Shown here in pieces: positions 19,736 to 31,794 of a DNA stretch of 64,000 nucleotides. Every line of letters begins with the position of its first letter. The first letter of the stretch is position 1. Location: the NCBI GenBank assembly GCA_963778655.1, contig CAVZVA010000003.1:832001-896000 (forward strand). Direction: 5' to 3'. The notes below the pieces were generated by a model. That model was not told the DNA's origin. It was given only the letters and a program-made list of their open reading frames with translations, and ran no database searches. The DNA comes from an uncultured delta proteobacterium (lineage in GTDB: Bacteria > Myxococcota_A > Polyangia > Polyangiales > JAFGIB01). The position numbers and the translations under genes are program-made.

Positions 19736-21016
19736 GTGAAAATTCGCGCGGTTATGCTGCTAGTCGGGGTCTCGATGGTGGGCTCGCTGGGGGCCGCCCC
19801 TGCGCACGCCCAGGAAACCGCCCTGCCGGCGTTGCGCGAGGCCGCCAGGCAGGCGCCGTCGGACCTTTCGGCGCAGCGTGCCCTGGGGCGGGCGCTGATC
19901 GCCGCCGGCCGGCTCAAGGAAGCCGCGGCCCAGATGGCAATCGTGGAGCGCCTATCCAAGGGCTCGATCGAGGGCATGTACGAGGCGATGCGCCCGCTGC
20001 TCGCGTCGGAAAGCTACGCGCGCGCGCGCGCTGGCTGCGCGCGCTTGATCAAGAAGGCGCCCAAGCACGTGCTGTCGCAGGTGTGCATGGCGCGCGCGTT
20101 TCTGGTGTGGCGCCGCAGCTCGCGCGCCTTCGACTACATCGACAAGGCGCTCGCGGCCGACCCGAACAACTTCGAGGCGCAGCTCGTGCTGGCGGACGCC
20201 AAGCGCATCGAAGGCCGCTTCGGCGAGGCAGTCCAGGCCTACCAGCGCGCGCTGCAGCTCGACCCGAGCAGTGCACAGGCGCAGCTCGGGCTAGGGCTCA
20301 CCTACGCGCTGCAGAACAAGCCGGCGGACGCGCTTTCGGCGTTGCGCAAGGCCAGCACGCTCGACCCGCGCGATCCCGACGTGCAGTACCAGCTGGGACG
20401 CAGGCTGGAGGGCCCGCAAGCGGTGGCGCTGCTGCAACAAGCCGTGGCCGGTCGCCCGGGCTGGCTGGACGCCGAGCGCGAGCTGGCGACGGCCCAGCTG
20501 CACGCCGGCGACGCCCAGGGCGCCGACGTAGGGCTGCTGGCGCTGCTCAAGCGCAAGCCCGACGACCCGATTGCCACGGCCCAGCACGGCGCCGCGCTGG
20601 TCGCGCTCGGCCGCTACGACGAGGCCGAGCCGGTGCTGCGCAAGGCACTCAAGCTGGTGCCCAACGACTACGACACCTCCTTCGCGCTGGCTCAGCTCTA
20701 CGAGCGGACCAAGCGCTACGAGGAGGCGTTCGCCCAGTACCGCAACGCTGCCGATCTGAAGCGCGAGAGCCCGGCGCCGCTGATCGCGGCGGCCAGGCTG
20801 GGCCTGTCGCTGGGGCGGCCGACGCTCTCGAGCGCCTTGCTCGACAAGGCGCTCGAGCGGACCCCGCGCTCGGCGGAAGCGCTGGCGCTGTACGGTGACG
20901 CCCTGGCTGCGCGGGGCGACGTCAAAGGCGCGCGCAACCGTTACGAGCGTGCGCTGCAGGGCGAGGGCCCGCTCGATCGCGCAGCGGTGCAGAAGCGCCT
21001 GGCCGCGCTCAAGTGA
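19736..21016 (+). CDS. Secreted TPR protein
   Basis: Signal peptide ending AHA-Q, multiple TPRs. Start uncertain (19736 or 19754). Confidence 0.8.
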   Translation: MKIRAVMLLVGVSMVGSLGAAPAHAQETALPALREAARQAPSDLSAQRALGRALIAAGRLKEAAAQMAIVERLSKGSIEGMYEAMRPLLASESYARARAGCARLIKKAPKHVLSQVCMARAFLVWRRSSRAFDYIDKALAADPNNFEAQLVLADAKRIEGRFGEAVQAYQRALQLDPSSAQAQLGLGLTYALQNKPADALSALRKASTLDPRDPDVQYQLGRRLEGPQAVALLQQAVAGRPGWLDAERELATAQLHAGDAQGADVGLLALLKRKPDDPIATAQHGAALVALGRYDEAEPVLRKALKLVPNDYDTSFALAQLYERTKRYEEAFAQYRNAADLKRESPAPLIAAARLGLSLGRPTLSSALLDKALERTPRSAEALALYGDALAARGDVKGARNRYERALQGEGPLDRAAVQKRLAALK

Positions 21017-21033
21017 CCGACCCGCGGCAGATA

Positions 21034-21089
21034 CAACGGGAAGACGGGCAGCACAGCAATTTTGCCTGCCCTTCCCGTCCTCCGGCCTG
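21034..21089. repeat. Palindromic repeat family A, copy 3 (degenerate)
   Basis: CAACGGGAAGACGGGCAG ... CTTCCCGTCCTCCGGCCTG. Confidence 0.6.
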
Positions 21090-21140
21090 CTGGGCCTCGA
21101 TCGCTGCCTCGCGCGTGACGAGAGGCGCTGATGGTGTAGA

Positions 21141-21515
21141 TTGCGGCGCGTGCGCACCGAGATCGCCCGCAGCTATGACATCGAGGCGGCCCATCGCTTG
21201 CCGAACGTGCCCGCCGGCCACAAGTGCGCGCGGCTGCACGGGCACAGCTTCAAGATCACGCTGCACGTGACCGGCGAGGTCGACGCCGAACGGGGCTGGA
21301 TCCTCGACTTCGCTGCGGTCGATCGGGCGTTCGAGCCGCTGTTCTCGCAGCTCGACCACAACTACCTCAACGAGGTGTCGGGGCTCGACAACCCCACCAG
21401 CGAGGTGCTGGCGCACTGGGTGCTGGAGCGGCTGCGGCTTCCTGCGGGTCGGCTCTGCGCGGTCACGGTGGGCGAGACCTGCAACGCGCGTTGCACGGTG
21501 TATGCCGATCCATAG
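21141..21515 (+). CDS. queD: 6-carboxytetrahydropterin synthase
   Basis: EAAHRLP, KCARLHGHSF, LDHNYLNE, NPTSE, ET motifs. Confidence 0.93.
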   Translation: MRRVRTEIARSYDIEAAHRLPNVPAGHKCARLHGHSFKITLHVTGEVDAERGWILDFAAVDRAFEPLFSQLDHNYLNEVSGLDNPTSEVLAHWVLERLRLPAGRLCAVTVGETCNARCTVYADP

Positions 21516-22287
21516 CGACGGCCGGCCGCGGCGCGTGCTCGGTGCCGCGCTGGCCTCGGCGCGCACTGCGGCGCTCGGAGCATGGACGATCGGAGTGGGT
21601 CAGGCGGCCTTGCTGCACGCGCGCATCGCGCCGGGCGCGCCTCAAATCACGCTGCGCCAGCGCTGGGTTCAGCTGTGGGCGCGCGGGCTGCTGCGCGTGT
21701 TCGGCGTCGAGCAACGCTGGCTGGCGCTCGCCGATGAGCGGCAGGGCCCGGCCGGACCGCGGCTGGTGGTCGCGAACCACCGCTCGCCGCTCGACATCAT
21801 CCTGATGCTCGGGCACTTCCGCGGCTCGGTGCTGGGGCGGCACGACCTCGAGGGCTGGCCCGTGCTCGGTTGGGCCGCGCGACACGGCGGAACCATTTTC
21901 GTCGATCGCGAGGACGCGCGCAGCGGGGTCAAGGCGATCCGCGAGATCCGGCGGCGATTGTCCGGCGGCCAAACCGTGATCGTCTTCCCCGAGGGCACCA
22001 CGCACGGCGGCGACCAGGTGCGCCCTTTTCAGGGCGGCGCATTCGCGGCGGTGCGGGGCCTGCAGGCCGAGCTGGTGCCAGTGGGAATCGCGTACGAGCC
22101 GGGCTCCGAGTTCGTGGAGGAGAGCTTCGGCCGGCACCTGGGACGGATGGCGCAGCGCAGCAAGACGCGTGTCGCGCTGTGCGTGGGGCAACCGCGTCCG
22201 GCACAGGGCAACCGCGAGGCCATGGCCGCGCAGATGCACGACGACGTCCAGGCCCTGGTACACAAGGCGCGCGCAGCACTGGGCTGA
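21502..22287 (+). CDS. Lysophospholipid acyltransferase (PlsC family)
   Basis: NHRSPLD, IFVDR, VFPEGT motifs. Confidence 0.9.
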   Translation: MPIHSDGRPRRVLGAALASARTAALGAWTIGVGQAALLHARIAPGAPQITLRQRWVQLWARGLLRVFGVEQRWLALADERQGPAGPRLVVANHRSPLDIILMLGHFRGSVLGRHDLEGWPVLGWAARHGGTIFVDREDARSGVKAIREIRRRLSGGQTVIVFPEGTTHGGDQVRPFQGGAFAAVRGLQAELVPVGIAYEPGSEFVEESFGRHLGRMAQRSKTRVALCVGQPRPAQGNREAMAAQMHDDVQALVHKARAALG

Positions 22288-22501
22288 TTCGCGAGCCGAC
22301 GCTCCCGCGTGCGCAGCATGTGCTGCATCGCCTTGCTGCGCGCGGAGGACTAGGGGCGGGTGCGGGTGGCCGGTGGTCATCCGCAGCGAGTGGGATGGAC
22401 GCGCCGCAACGCGTCGCAAACTGGACCCCGCCGCGAGGACTTGAATACCTGGGCCGTTCACGCGTACAAGCCAGAAGGCGGTCAAAGGAGGAAATGGCCC
22501 C

Positions 22502-22888
22502 ATGATCCAGCATCTCGCCGCGCTCCTGTTGTTGGCCGCCGTGCCCGCGATCGCGCCGCAGCCGGCCGCCGTGGGCCCGCTGCGCGTGGCTGCACCGCCC
22601 AAGAAGCCTCCCGCGGCCGACAAGCCGGCGCCCCCCGAGCAGCCCGCGATGAGCTGCGTGCTGCGCACTCCAGAGGGGCCGCGCGGAGGCCGGCTCGAGA
22701 TCGAAGGCCGTGGCTTCGGCCAGGCCCCACTGGTGCGCATCGCGGGCAAGGTGACGCGGATGCTCGAGCGCACGGAGACCAAGATCTCGGTGCAGATCCC
22801 CGCCGATTCCGACGGCGGCCTGGTCACCGTGAGCTCGGGCAAGACCGAGATCCCCTGCGGCACGCTGACCATCATTGGCAAGGACTGA
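22502..22888 (+). CDS. Small secreted IPT/TIG-domain protein
   Basis: Signal peptide; GGRLEIEGRGFG...TETKISVQIP...GLVTV pattern. Confidence 0.65.
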   Translation: MIQHLAALLLLAAVPAIAPQPAAVGPLRVAAPPKKPPAADKPAPPEQPAMSCVLRTPEGPRGGRLEIEGRGFGQAPLVRIAGKVTRMLERTETKISVQIPADSDGGLVTVSSGKTEIPCGTLTIIGKD

Positions 22889-23044
22889 CGTAACCGGGAG
22901 GGTGACGCGTCCGGGGCGTGCGCGCGGAAGCAAGTTTCTGCTTCCGGAACGCAAGATCAGTACAGGCCTCGGTTAATTTCACCGCGCGACATCACCCCAC
23001 TACCATCGACAGACGTCGGCCGCACGAACGGTCGCTTCCAGTCG

Positions 23045-25309
23045 ATGTTCCAAGACAACTCTCACGAAATCGGTTTCGGTCGCCCGCACCCTTCCCTGCT
23101 CGCCGCGAGCGATCGAGCGCACGAGTTGCGCGAGCTGCTGCTCGGCGAGGATTGCTCGCTGCGCGAGCTGCCTGCGCTGCCGGACTTGATCGCGGGCCTC
23201 GCGGCGCTCGCGGGCGGCGTGCGGCGCAAAGTGGTGCTGGCGCTCAGCGATGAGCCGGCCGAGATCGCGCTGGTGAGGTGCGGCAGCCAGGTGCAGGTCG
23301 AGTGCTACAGCACCGAGAGCAAGCCGGAGATCTACCTGCTGGCGCGGCGCATCAGTCTGCGCCAGCTGCTCGATACCTGCGCGGAAGCGGCGGAACCGCC
23401 GGCACACGGCGAGCCCGATGCGACCTCCGGCGCCGTGCTGCAGCAGCTGCGCGAGCGCATCGAGCAGACGGCGATCGCGCCCGATCCTCACCTTGGCCTG
23501 CGACCCTTGCGCTATAGCGGCGGCAGCCTGGAGAGCCCGGGCGCGGAGGTGCCGCTGGCGTTCGGCTTCTGCGCCGAGATCGTGCCCGCAGTCGACGCCG
23601 CGCCCGAATCCCACGCCTTCGACGACGTGCACGCCCTGCTCTTCCACGGCAGCTTGTGGGCGTTCGCGGCCGGCAAGCGCATCGCGGTGCTCGAGGGGCC
23701 GCTGATGCTCGCGGCCCAGCGCATGGTGGCGGCGGTCCGCGCGCTTTGCGACGCCTGGCAGGCCGGTCGCAACATGCACGTGCGCTTGCGCAGCGGCGGC
23801 TTCTGGATCGCGGTGCGGCAAGAACGCGGCGGCGAGGTGACGCTGACGCTGAGCGGCGGGGGCGGAGAGCCGGTCACCTGGCCCGCGCTCGATGTGCACG
23901 CAGCAGCGCTGCCCATTTTGCGCCTGTGCTCGGACCTGATCCGCAAGCTGATCGCGCACGACCGGCGCCAGCGCCACAACCTGCGGGTCGCCGCGCTGCG
24001 CGCCGAAATCCGCGCGCTGCGTCGCATCATCGGCGCTCGCGCCCGGCGCGAGAGCTTCGAAAACGCCGACCCCGAGCGGCTGCGCCTGGCCGCGCCAGAG
24101 CCGCAGCCGCGCGCGCGCCTGAGCCTGACCGGCTTGATGCGGCAACCGACGCCGTTGCGTTACACCGAGCGCTGGAGCGTCGAGGTCGATGGCCTCGACG
24201 CGGGCGCGGTGTATCTGTGTGGCGAGCGCATGGTGGTAGCGGCGCAGAAGCTGACCCTCGCGTTCAGCCGTAGCGCCGGCGACGTGTTGTGGTCGTATCC
24301 GAGCGCAGGCGCGACCACGATGATGGCCGGGCACACGCTGCTGCGGCTGTTCCCCGACGGCTCGCTGGAGCTGCACGGGGTCGAGGACGGCACGGTTCGC
24401 GCTCGCGCGCAGCTCACGAGTCGCGCGGGCGTCGAAGGTCCGGCGCTGTCGGTGGGCGGCGGCGGCTTGCCGCCGATGGCGATCCTGACCGAAGGCGGAC
24501 GGCAGCTGTGCGCCATCGATCTGCGCACTGGGCAACCGCGCTGGCGCTTTCGCGCGCACGGGCCGGGCGGGCTGCAACTCACGCGCAGCGGGCGCGTGCT
24601 GTGCGTGACTTCCGGCGACGGCACCGTCGACGCGCTCGACGTGACCACCGGCGAGGTGGTATGGCGCTTCGGCGACGACGCGCGCTTCGCGCTCAAGCCC
24701 GCGATCTGCCGCGAGGTGGTGATCGCGGTCGCGGGCGAGCCACGCGGCGGCGGCGGCGCGGTCTACGGCATCGAGCTGTACAGCGGCAAGCGCTTGTGGC
24801 GGCGCGAGCTGCCGGCCGCGCCCAGCGGCGATCCGCTGGACGCCGCCGAGGCGGCGATTGTGGCCTATGGGCGCTCGCGCCAGGCGCGCTTGCTGGCCCT
24901 GGAACCGCACACCGGCAACCCGCTGTTCGACCAGGCCGACCCAGGACTCGACAACGGCGGCCAAGGACTGTACCTGGACGGCGCGTTGATCGTGAACACG
25001 CCCTCGGGACGCGTGCTGGCGCTCGACCTGCGCAGCGGCGAGCCGCGCTGGCAGCGCGCACTGTCCAATCCGCTGACCGACGACGTTCCCCGTCAGCTAG
25101 AGCCGGTGGTGAGACAGAGCGCGCTGTTCGTACCGTCGGCGCAGGTTCACGTGCTGCGACCCCACGACGGGGATCCCTTGTGCCAGGTCGGATGCGATCT
25201 GGTGCCCGACTATCTGCGCGTGGACGAGCGCGGCTGGTTGTACGTGGCCGAGGAGAGCGGCCACCTGCGCGCCTACGCCGCCGCGCCGCACCTGTCGCTC
25301 GTCCGCTGA
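23045..25309 (+). CDS. PQQ-like beta-propeller protein with unknown N-terminal domain
   Basis: Repeated A(I/L)DxxTGxxxW blades in the C-terminal half; no signal peptide. Confidence 0.8.
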   Translation: MFQDNSHEIGFGRPHPSLLAASDRAHELRELLLGEDCSLRELPALPDLIAGLAALAGGVRRKVVLALSDEPAEIALVRCGSQVQVECYSTESKPEIYLLARRISLRQLLDTCAEAAEPPAHGEPDATSGAVLQQLRERIEQTAIAPDPHLGLRPLRYSGGSLESPGAEVPLAFGFCAEIVPAVDAAPESHAFDDVHALLFHGSLWAFAAGKRIAVLEGPLMLAAQRMVAAVRALCDAWQAGRNMHVRLRSGGFWIAVRQERGGEVTLTLSGGGGEPVTWPALDVHAAALPILRLCSDLIRKLIAHDRRQRHNLRVAALRAEIRALRRIIGARARRESFENADPERLRLAAPEPQPRARLSLTGLMRQPTPLRYTERWSVEVDGLDAGAVYLCGERMVVAAQKLTLAFSRSAGDVLWSYPSAGATTMMAGHTLLRLFPDGSLELHGVEDGTVRARAQLTSRAGVEGPALSVGGGGLPPMAILTEGGRQLCAIDLRTGQPRWRFRAHGPGGLQLTRSGRVLCVTSGDGTVDALDVTTGEVVWRFGDDARFALKPAICREVVIAVAGEPRGGGGAVYGIELYSGKRLWRRELPAAPSGDPLDAAEAAIVAYGRSRQARLLALEPHTGNPLFDQADPGLDNGGQGLYLDGALIVNTPSGRVLALDLRSGEPRWQRALSNPLTDDVPRQLEPVVRQSALFVPSAQVHVLRPHDGDPLCQVGCDLVPDYLRVDERGWLYVAEESGHLRAYAAAPHLSLVR

Positions 25310-25360
25310 AGCCAGCATCGCGAGCACGCGGCCTCGGTGCGAAGTCGGCGGCGCCGCAGC

Positions 25361-25486
25361 AATTCACGAGACGACGGGAAGCCCAAGTGCATCTTCCCGC
25401 CTTCCTGTTGCATCTATGCCCCCACCCTACAGCCGGCAATGCTGCACGCCCGCGAAGACGGAAGGCCGCGTTCCTGTTGCATCTGC
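25361..25486. repeat. Palindromic repeat family A, copy 4 (two partial units)
   Basis: GACGGGAAG...CTTCCCGCCTTCCTGTTGCATCT, with a second TTCCTGTTGCATCTGC. Confidence 0.65.
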
Positions 25487-25492
25487 CCCGCG

Positions 25493-26309
25493 TTACAACC
25501 GGCGGTGTTGCAGGCTCGGCAGGGCTTTGCGCACGCGGGCGACCACGTCGGGCTCGATGCTCGCGAGCGCGTAGCCCTCGCCCTCGCCGTGCTCGGCGAG
25601 CACCGTTCCCCAGGGATCGCAGATCAGCGCATGGCCGTAGGACACGCGCTGGCCGAAGTGGCGGCCGGTCTGGGCGGCGGCGATCACGTAGCACTGCGCC
25701 TCGATCGCGCGCGCGCGCAGCAGCACGTGCCAGTGGTCCTTGCCCGTGGTCAGCGTGAACGCCGCCGGCACGGTCAGCGCGATCGCGCCACGGTCGACCA
25801 GCGCGCGGTACAGCTCAGGAAAGCGCAGGTCGTAGCACACCGACAAGCCCAGCTTGCCGAACGCGGTATCGGTCACCACCGGCTCTGCACCAGGCTCCAC
25901 GCTGGCCGACTCCCGCAGGCTGGTGCCGTCGGGGAGATCGACGTCGAAGAGGTGGATCTTGCGGTATACGGCCCGGATCGCACCGTCGGTGCCGAGGTGC
26001 ACGCAGGCGTTGCGCACCTTGTTCGGTTCGCTCGCGCGTTCCCAGAACCCGCCCAGCACGAGCTCGGCCGCGCGCGCGCGCGCCAGCGCCGCGAAGCGCG
26101 CCAGGATCGGGCCGCCCTGGGGCAGCGGCTCGGCCACCCCGAGCTTCAGCTGCTCGGGTCCGAGCAGCGCGAAGCACTCGGGCAGGACCACCAGTCTGGC
26201 ACCGTCTTCGATCGCCTCGCTGCACAGGCGCTCGGCAGTGGTCAGATTGCGCTCCAGGTTCTCGGTCGACGTCATCTGTACGGCCGCGACCTTGATTCTT
26301 GCTCGCCAT
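25493..26309 (-). CDS. Carbon-nitrogen hydrolase (Nit1-like amidase) with an apparent +1 frameshift near the start
   Basis: LPE, YRKIHLFD, SVCYDLRFPE, RARAIE motifs. ATG 26309 is one base out of frame with IKVAAVQM. Confidence 0.85.
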
Positions 26310-26353
26310 GCGCCTTGACCTCGCAGACAACACGCGCGCCGTCAAGCGGTCGC

Positions 26354-26851
26354 TCAGCGCCGGCTCGGGACAGGCGCGGAGCGGAGCTCGCGCAGCGCCG
26401 AGAGCACGTTCTCCAGGTGCATGGCGATGCGGAACTCATGGTCGAAGCGGCCGATCACGTAGCCCTCGGGATCGATCAGGAAGGTGACGCGCTTGGCCAC
26501 CGGCCACAACCGGCGGTCGACGGCGTAGGCGCGGCAGATGGCCGCGTCGGCGTCCGAGACGATCGGAAAGCGGACCTCGTAATCGCTGGCAAACTTGCAC
26601 TGCACGACTTCGGTGTCGCGGCTCACCCCGAGCACATCCGCGCCCAGGGCCTGCAGCTCCGTGTGATGGTCGCGAAACAGGATCGTCTCCTGCGTGCAGC
26701 CTGGAGTGAACGACTTGGGATAGAAGTAGAGCACCAGGTACTTGCCGCGGTAGTCCGCGAGGTTGACGCTCTGACCGGTCGAGGACTTGGCGACGAACAG
26801 CGGCGCTTTGAAGCGCTGGCGCACCGAGCCGAAGAGCTCCATCGGGCTCAT
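26354..26851 (-). CDS. bcp: Peroxiredoxin BCP/PrxQ
   Basis: LYFYPKSFTPGCTQE, GVSRD, RVTFLIDPEG. Confidence 0.88.
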   Translation of the reverse strand: MSPMELFGSVRQRFKAPLFVAKSSTGQSVNLADYRGKYLVLYFYPKSFTPGCTQETILFRDHHTELQALGADVLGVSRDTEVVQCKFASDYEVRFPIVSDADAAICRAYAVDRRLWPVAKRVTFLIDPEGYVIGRFDHEFRIAMHLENVLSALRELRSAPVPSRR

Positions 26852-26946
26852 TGTCCGGGACAACGCGGTGCAGCACAACCTCGCCGGCTCGGCAAACCCG
26901 GGTAGGTCGCAGCCCCGCGCACACGAGGCCCCCCGGCCCCCACACC

Positions 26947-28269
26947 CTATCCCACGCAGGTGCGATAGATAGCGCGTACGGCTTGCTCGAAGTCGTCTTC
27001 CTTCACGCCGACGATGATGTTGAGCTCACCCGAGCCCTGGTCGATCATGCGGATATTGACCTGCGCCGAGGCGAGGGCGCTCATCACCCGAGCCGCCATC
27101 CCGGGAATGTGCATCATGCCCCGCCCCACGGTGGCGATCAGCGCAATCCCGTGCTCCACCTCGACCGCGTCGGGCTCACATTCGAGCTTGATCTCGCGCA
27201 CGACGCGGTCGAGCTTGCCCTCGAGCTCGCCGGTGCTCACCACCAAGCACACGGTGTCGATACCCGAGGGCATGTGCTCGAAGCTAATGCCCTGGCTCTC
27301 GAGCACCGCGAGGATACGACGACCGAAGCCGATCTCGGCGTTCATCAGCGTCTTCTCGATCGCAATGATCGAAAAGCCCTTGCGCCCTGCGACCCCCGTG
27401 ATCTCGCCGGTGTAGGGCAGCGTGCCGCCGCCGTTGCCGCGCACGATCATGGTTCCTGGATCGTCGGGGTCGTTGGTGTTGCGAATGTTGACCGGGATGC
27501 CGGATTCCCGCACCGGAAAGATGGCCTCGTCGTGCAGCACGGTCGCGCCCATGTACGCCAGCTCCCGGAGCTCGCGGTAGGTCAGGGTCTCGATCTTCTT
27601 GGGGTTGTCGACGATGCGTGGATCGGCCATCAGCAGGCCCGACACGTCGGTCCAGTTCTCGTACACGTCGGCGTGCACGCCGCGCGCCACGATCGCGCCT
27701 GTGATGTCGGAGCCCCCACGCGAGAAGGTCTTGACGCTGCCGTCTGGCCCGCGCCCGTAGAAACCGCTCACCACGCCCCGCTCGTGTCGGGCCAGGCGGG
27801 CTGCGACCGCGCGGTTGGTCTCCTCGGGCAGAAAGACCCCGCGCTCGTCGAACAACACGATCTCGGCGGGGTCGACAAAGTCGTAGCCGAGCAGGGCCGC
27901 CACGACATGTCCGTGGATGAACTCACCGCGGCTCGCACAGTAGTCTGGACCCGCGCCGCCGACGATATGGGCACGGATGTCGTCTAGAATCGCATCGATG
28001 TCGAGCCGCAGGCCCAGGTCGGAGACGATCTCGCGGTAACGCAGAGCGATACTGGCGAACACGTCGTCGAAGCCGAAGCCTCGCTTGGCATGCTCGTGGC
28101 ACAGATACAACAGATCGGTGACCTTGTGGTCCGTGGGGCTGCGCTTGCCGGGCGCGGACGGCACCACCCAGCGCCGCGCGGGGTCGGCCTCGACGATGCT
28201 CTGGACACGCCGCAGCTGCGCCGCGTCGGCCACGCTGGTCCCACCGAACTTGCACACCTTGAGGGTCAT
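26947..28269 (-). CDS. lysC: Aspartate kinase
   Basis: KFGGTSV, SRGGSDITG, WTDVSG..ADPRIV, C-terminal ACT domains. Confidence 0.92.
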   Translation of the reverse strand: MTLKVCKFGGTSVADAAQLRRVQSIVEADPARRWVVPSAPGKRSPTDHKVTDLLYLCHEHAKRGFGFDDVFASIALRYREIVSDLGLRLDIDAILDDIRAHIVGGAGPDYCASRGEFIHGHVVAALLGYDFVDPAEIVLFDERGVFLPEETNRAVAARLARHERGVVSGFYGRGPDGSVKTFSRGGSDITGAIVARGVHADVYENWTDVSGLLMADPRIVDNPKKIETLTYRELRELAYMGATVLHDEAIFPVRESGIPVNIRNTNDPDDPGTMIVRGNGGGTLPYTGEITGVAGRKGFSIIAIEKTLMNAEIGFGRRILAVLESQGISFEHMPSGIDTVCLVVSTGELEGKLDRVVREIKLECEPDAVEVEHGIALIATVGRGMMHIPGMAARVMSALASAQVNIRMIDQGSGELNIIVGVKEDDFEQAVRAIYRTCVG

Positions 28270-28330
28270 GAGCTCGAACCGTAGCGTGCCACGCCTGCGG
28301 CCCGGGCACACGAGGTCTGGGATTCACGAA

Positions 28331-28386
28331 ACAGGAAGACGGGAACGCGGGAAGCAGGACGGGTGTGCCACTTCCCGTCTTCCTGT
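28331..28386. repeat. Palindromic repeat family A, copy 5
   Basis: ACAGGAAGACGGGAA ... TTCCCGTCTTCCTGT. Confidence 0.8.
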
Positions 28387-28440
28387 GAATTCTGAATCTC
28401 GCGTCCGCCGAAGCGCGCGTGCGCGAATGCTTTCTGCCCC

Positions 28441-28911
28441 TTAGACGAGCTCGATGAAGCTCATCGGGGCATTGTCGCCGCGACGATTGTTCTCTTTGAT
28501 GATGCGGGTGTAGCCGCCGCCCTTGCCCTGCTTGACGCGCTCCAGGTAGCGCGGGGCGATTTCCTCGAACAGCTTGTGGACGAGATTGATCTCCTCGACG
28601 CCGCCATCGGGCAGGGTGCGGGCGAGCTTGAGCGGCAGAAAGGCCGCGAGCTGCCGCTGGACGTGTAGGCGCCGCGCGACCACGCGGCCGCGCTCACCCT
28701 GCTTCAGCTTGGCCAGGTCCACCGTCAGGTCGTCGCCCAGGCGTAGCGCCTTGGTGATCAGGCGCTCGGCGATACGGCGCAGCTCCTTGGCCTTGGCGTC
28801 GGTCGTCTCGATGCGCTCGTGCAGCACCAAGTTGGCCGCCAGGTTGCGAAACATGGCGCGCCGGTGGGACGAGTTGCGCCCGAACTTTCGAAATGACTTG
28901 CGATGACGCAT
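28441..28911 (-). CDS. rplQ: 50S ribosomal protein L17 (with insertions)
   Basis: [36 protein letters not shown]. Confidence 0.97.
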   Translation of the reverse strand: MRHRKSFRKFGRNSSHRRAMFRNLAANLVLHERIETTDAKAKELRRIAERLITKALRLGDDLTVDLAKLKQGERGRVVARRLHVQRQLAAFLPLKLARTLPDGGVEEINLVHKLFEEIAPRYLERVKQGKGGGYTRIIKENNRRGDNAPMSFIELV

Positions 28912-28950
28912 GGCGGCTATCCGTTCTGGGCGGGCTCCCGCGGGGCAGGC

Positions 28951-30014
<1,064 letters not shown>

Positions 30015-30018
<4 letters not shown>

Positions 30019-30641
30019 CGCGAGTAAAACTCGACGATCATCTGCTCTTCGATCGGAAGGGTGATGGCTTCGCGCATGGGCATCGTCTTCACCGTACCGA
30101 TCAAGTTATCGCGGTCGAGCTCGAGCCAGTCCGGTTGCTCGCGTCGCCCGGCCACTTCGAGCGCGGCGGCGATCCGGGCCAGCCCCTTGCTCTTGTCGTG
30201 AATCGTGATCTTGTCGCCCGGGCGCAGCACGAACGAAGGGATGTTGACCGTGCGGCCGTTGACCTTGACGTGCTTGTGGCGCACGAGCTGCCGAGCATCG
30301 GTGCGCGTGGCGCCGAAGCCCAGCCGATAGACCGCGCTGTCGAGGCGGCGCTCGAGCAGGCCGAGCAGGTTCTCGCCGGTGACGCCCTTCTGGTGGTCAG
30401 CCTTGTAGAAGTAGCCGCGGAACTGACGCTCCAGCAGGCCGTAGATGCGGCGCACCTTCTGCTTCTCGCGCATGCGCACGCCGAACTCCGTGACCTTGGA
30501 GCGGCGCTGGCCGTGCATGCCAGGCGGGTACGGGCGGCGGTCAAACGAGCATTTGTCGGTGTAGCAGCGCTCCCCCTTGAGGAAGAGCTTCATGTTCTCA
30601 CGCCTGCACAGCTTGCAAGCCGGACCGATGTAACGTGCCAT
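30015..30641 (-). CDS. rpsD: 30S ribosomal protein S4
   Basis: [28 protein letters not shown]. Confidence 0.98.
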
Positions 30642-30656
30642 GGGTTCTCTCTCTTA

Positions 30657-30766
30657 CGAGGGGCGGCACGCGCCGCCCCTCCCCGTCGGAGTGAATCCGC
30701 CGGGGCCCCTCCCCACGCGAAGCGGGAGCTCTGCTCCCCTCTCGTCGCGGCGCGACGATTCACCCC
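30657..30766 (-). repeat. Structured element family B, copy upstream of rpsD
   Basis: Close match to 46902-47009; two conserved hairpins on the sense strand. Confidence 0.85.
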
Positions 30767-30820
30767 TCGTTCGTGGTGGTGGAAGACCGTGGATCATCTC
30801 GTCTGCCTCTTAGAGTCCTG

Positions 30821-31243
<423 letters not shown>

Positions 31244-31277
31244 CGCTGTCTCCTAGCAGTCTCCGGAGCTCGGCGCC

Positions 31278-31646
31278 CTATCCACGCTTCGCCATCACGC
31301 CCTTGCGGGGGCCCTTGCGCGTGCGCGCGTTGGTGTGGGTGCGCTGCCCGCGCACGGGAAGCCCGCGGCGGTGGCGCAGGCCGCGGTAGCAACCCAGATC
31401 CATCAGACGCTTGATGTTCATCTGGATGTCGCGCCGCAGGTCGCCCTCGACCTTGTACGTGGAGTCGAGCACCTCGCGAATGCGCTTGACGTCGTTCTCG
31501 TCGAGGCTGTCGGTGATCTTGGTCGGAGCGAGCTCCGCCTTGACACAGATGGCCTTGGCGACCTTGGGGCCGACCCCGTAGATGCTCTGCAACGAGATCC
31601 AGAGATGCTTGCGACCGGGAAGGTCCACACCTGCGATGCGTGCCAT
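31278..31646 (-). CDS. rpsM: 30S ribosomal protein S13
   Basis: [24 protein letters not shown]. Confidence 0.98.
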   Translation of the reverse strand: MARIAGVDLPGRKHLWISLQSIYGVGPKVAKAICVKAELAPTKITDSLDENDVKRIREVLDSTYKVEGDLRRDIQMNIKRLMDLGCYRGLRHRRGLPVRGQRTHTNARTRKGPRKGVMAKRG

Positions 31647-31659
31647 GACTCCCTGACTC

Positions 31660-31773
31660 CTAGCCCTGCCGCTGCTTGTGGCGGGGGTTCTCGCACAGCA
31701 CGCGCACCACACCCTTGCGGCGCACGATCTTGCACTTGTCACATATCTTCTTAACGCTGGGCCGAACCTTCAT
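31660..31773 (-). CDS. rpmJ: 50S ribosomal protein L36 (Zn type)
   Basis: Manual translation [37 protein letters not shown]; below the ORF-track size cutoff. Confidence 0.97.
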   Translation of the reverse strand: MKVRPSVKKICDKCKIVRRKGVVRVLCENPRHKQRQG

Positions 31774-31794
31774 CGCGTCCTCTGCAGCGGCTCG

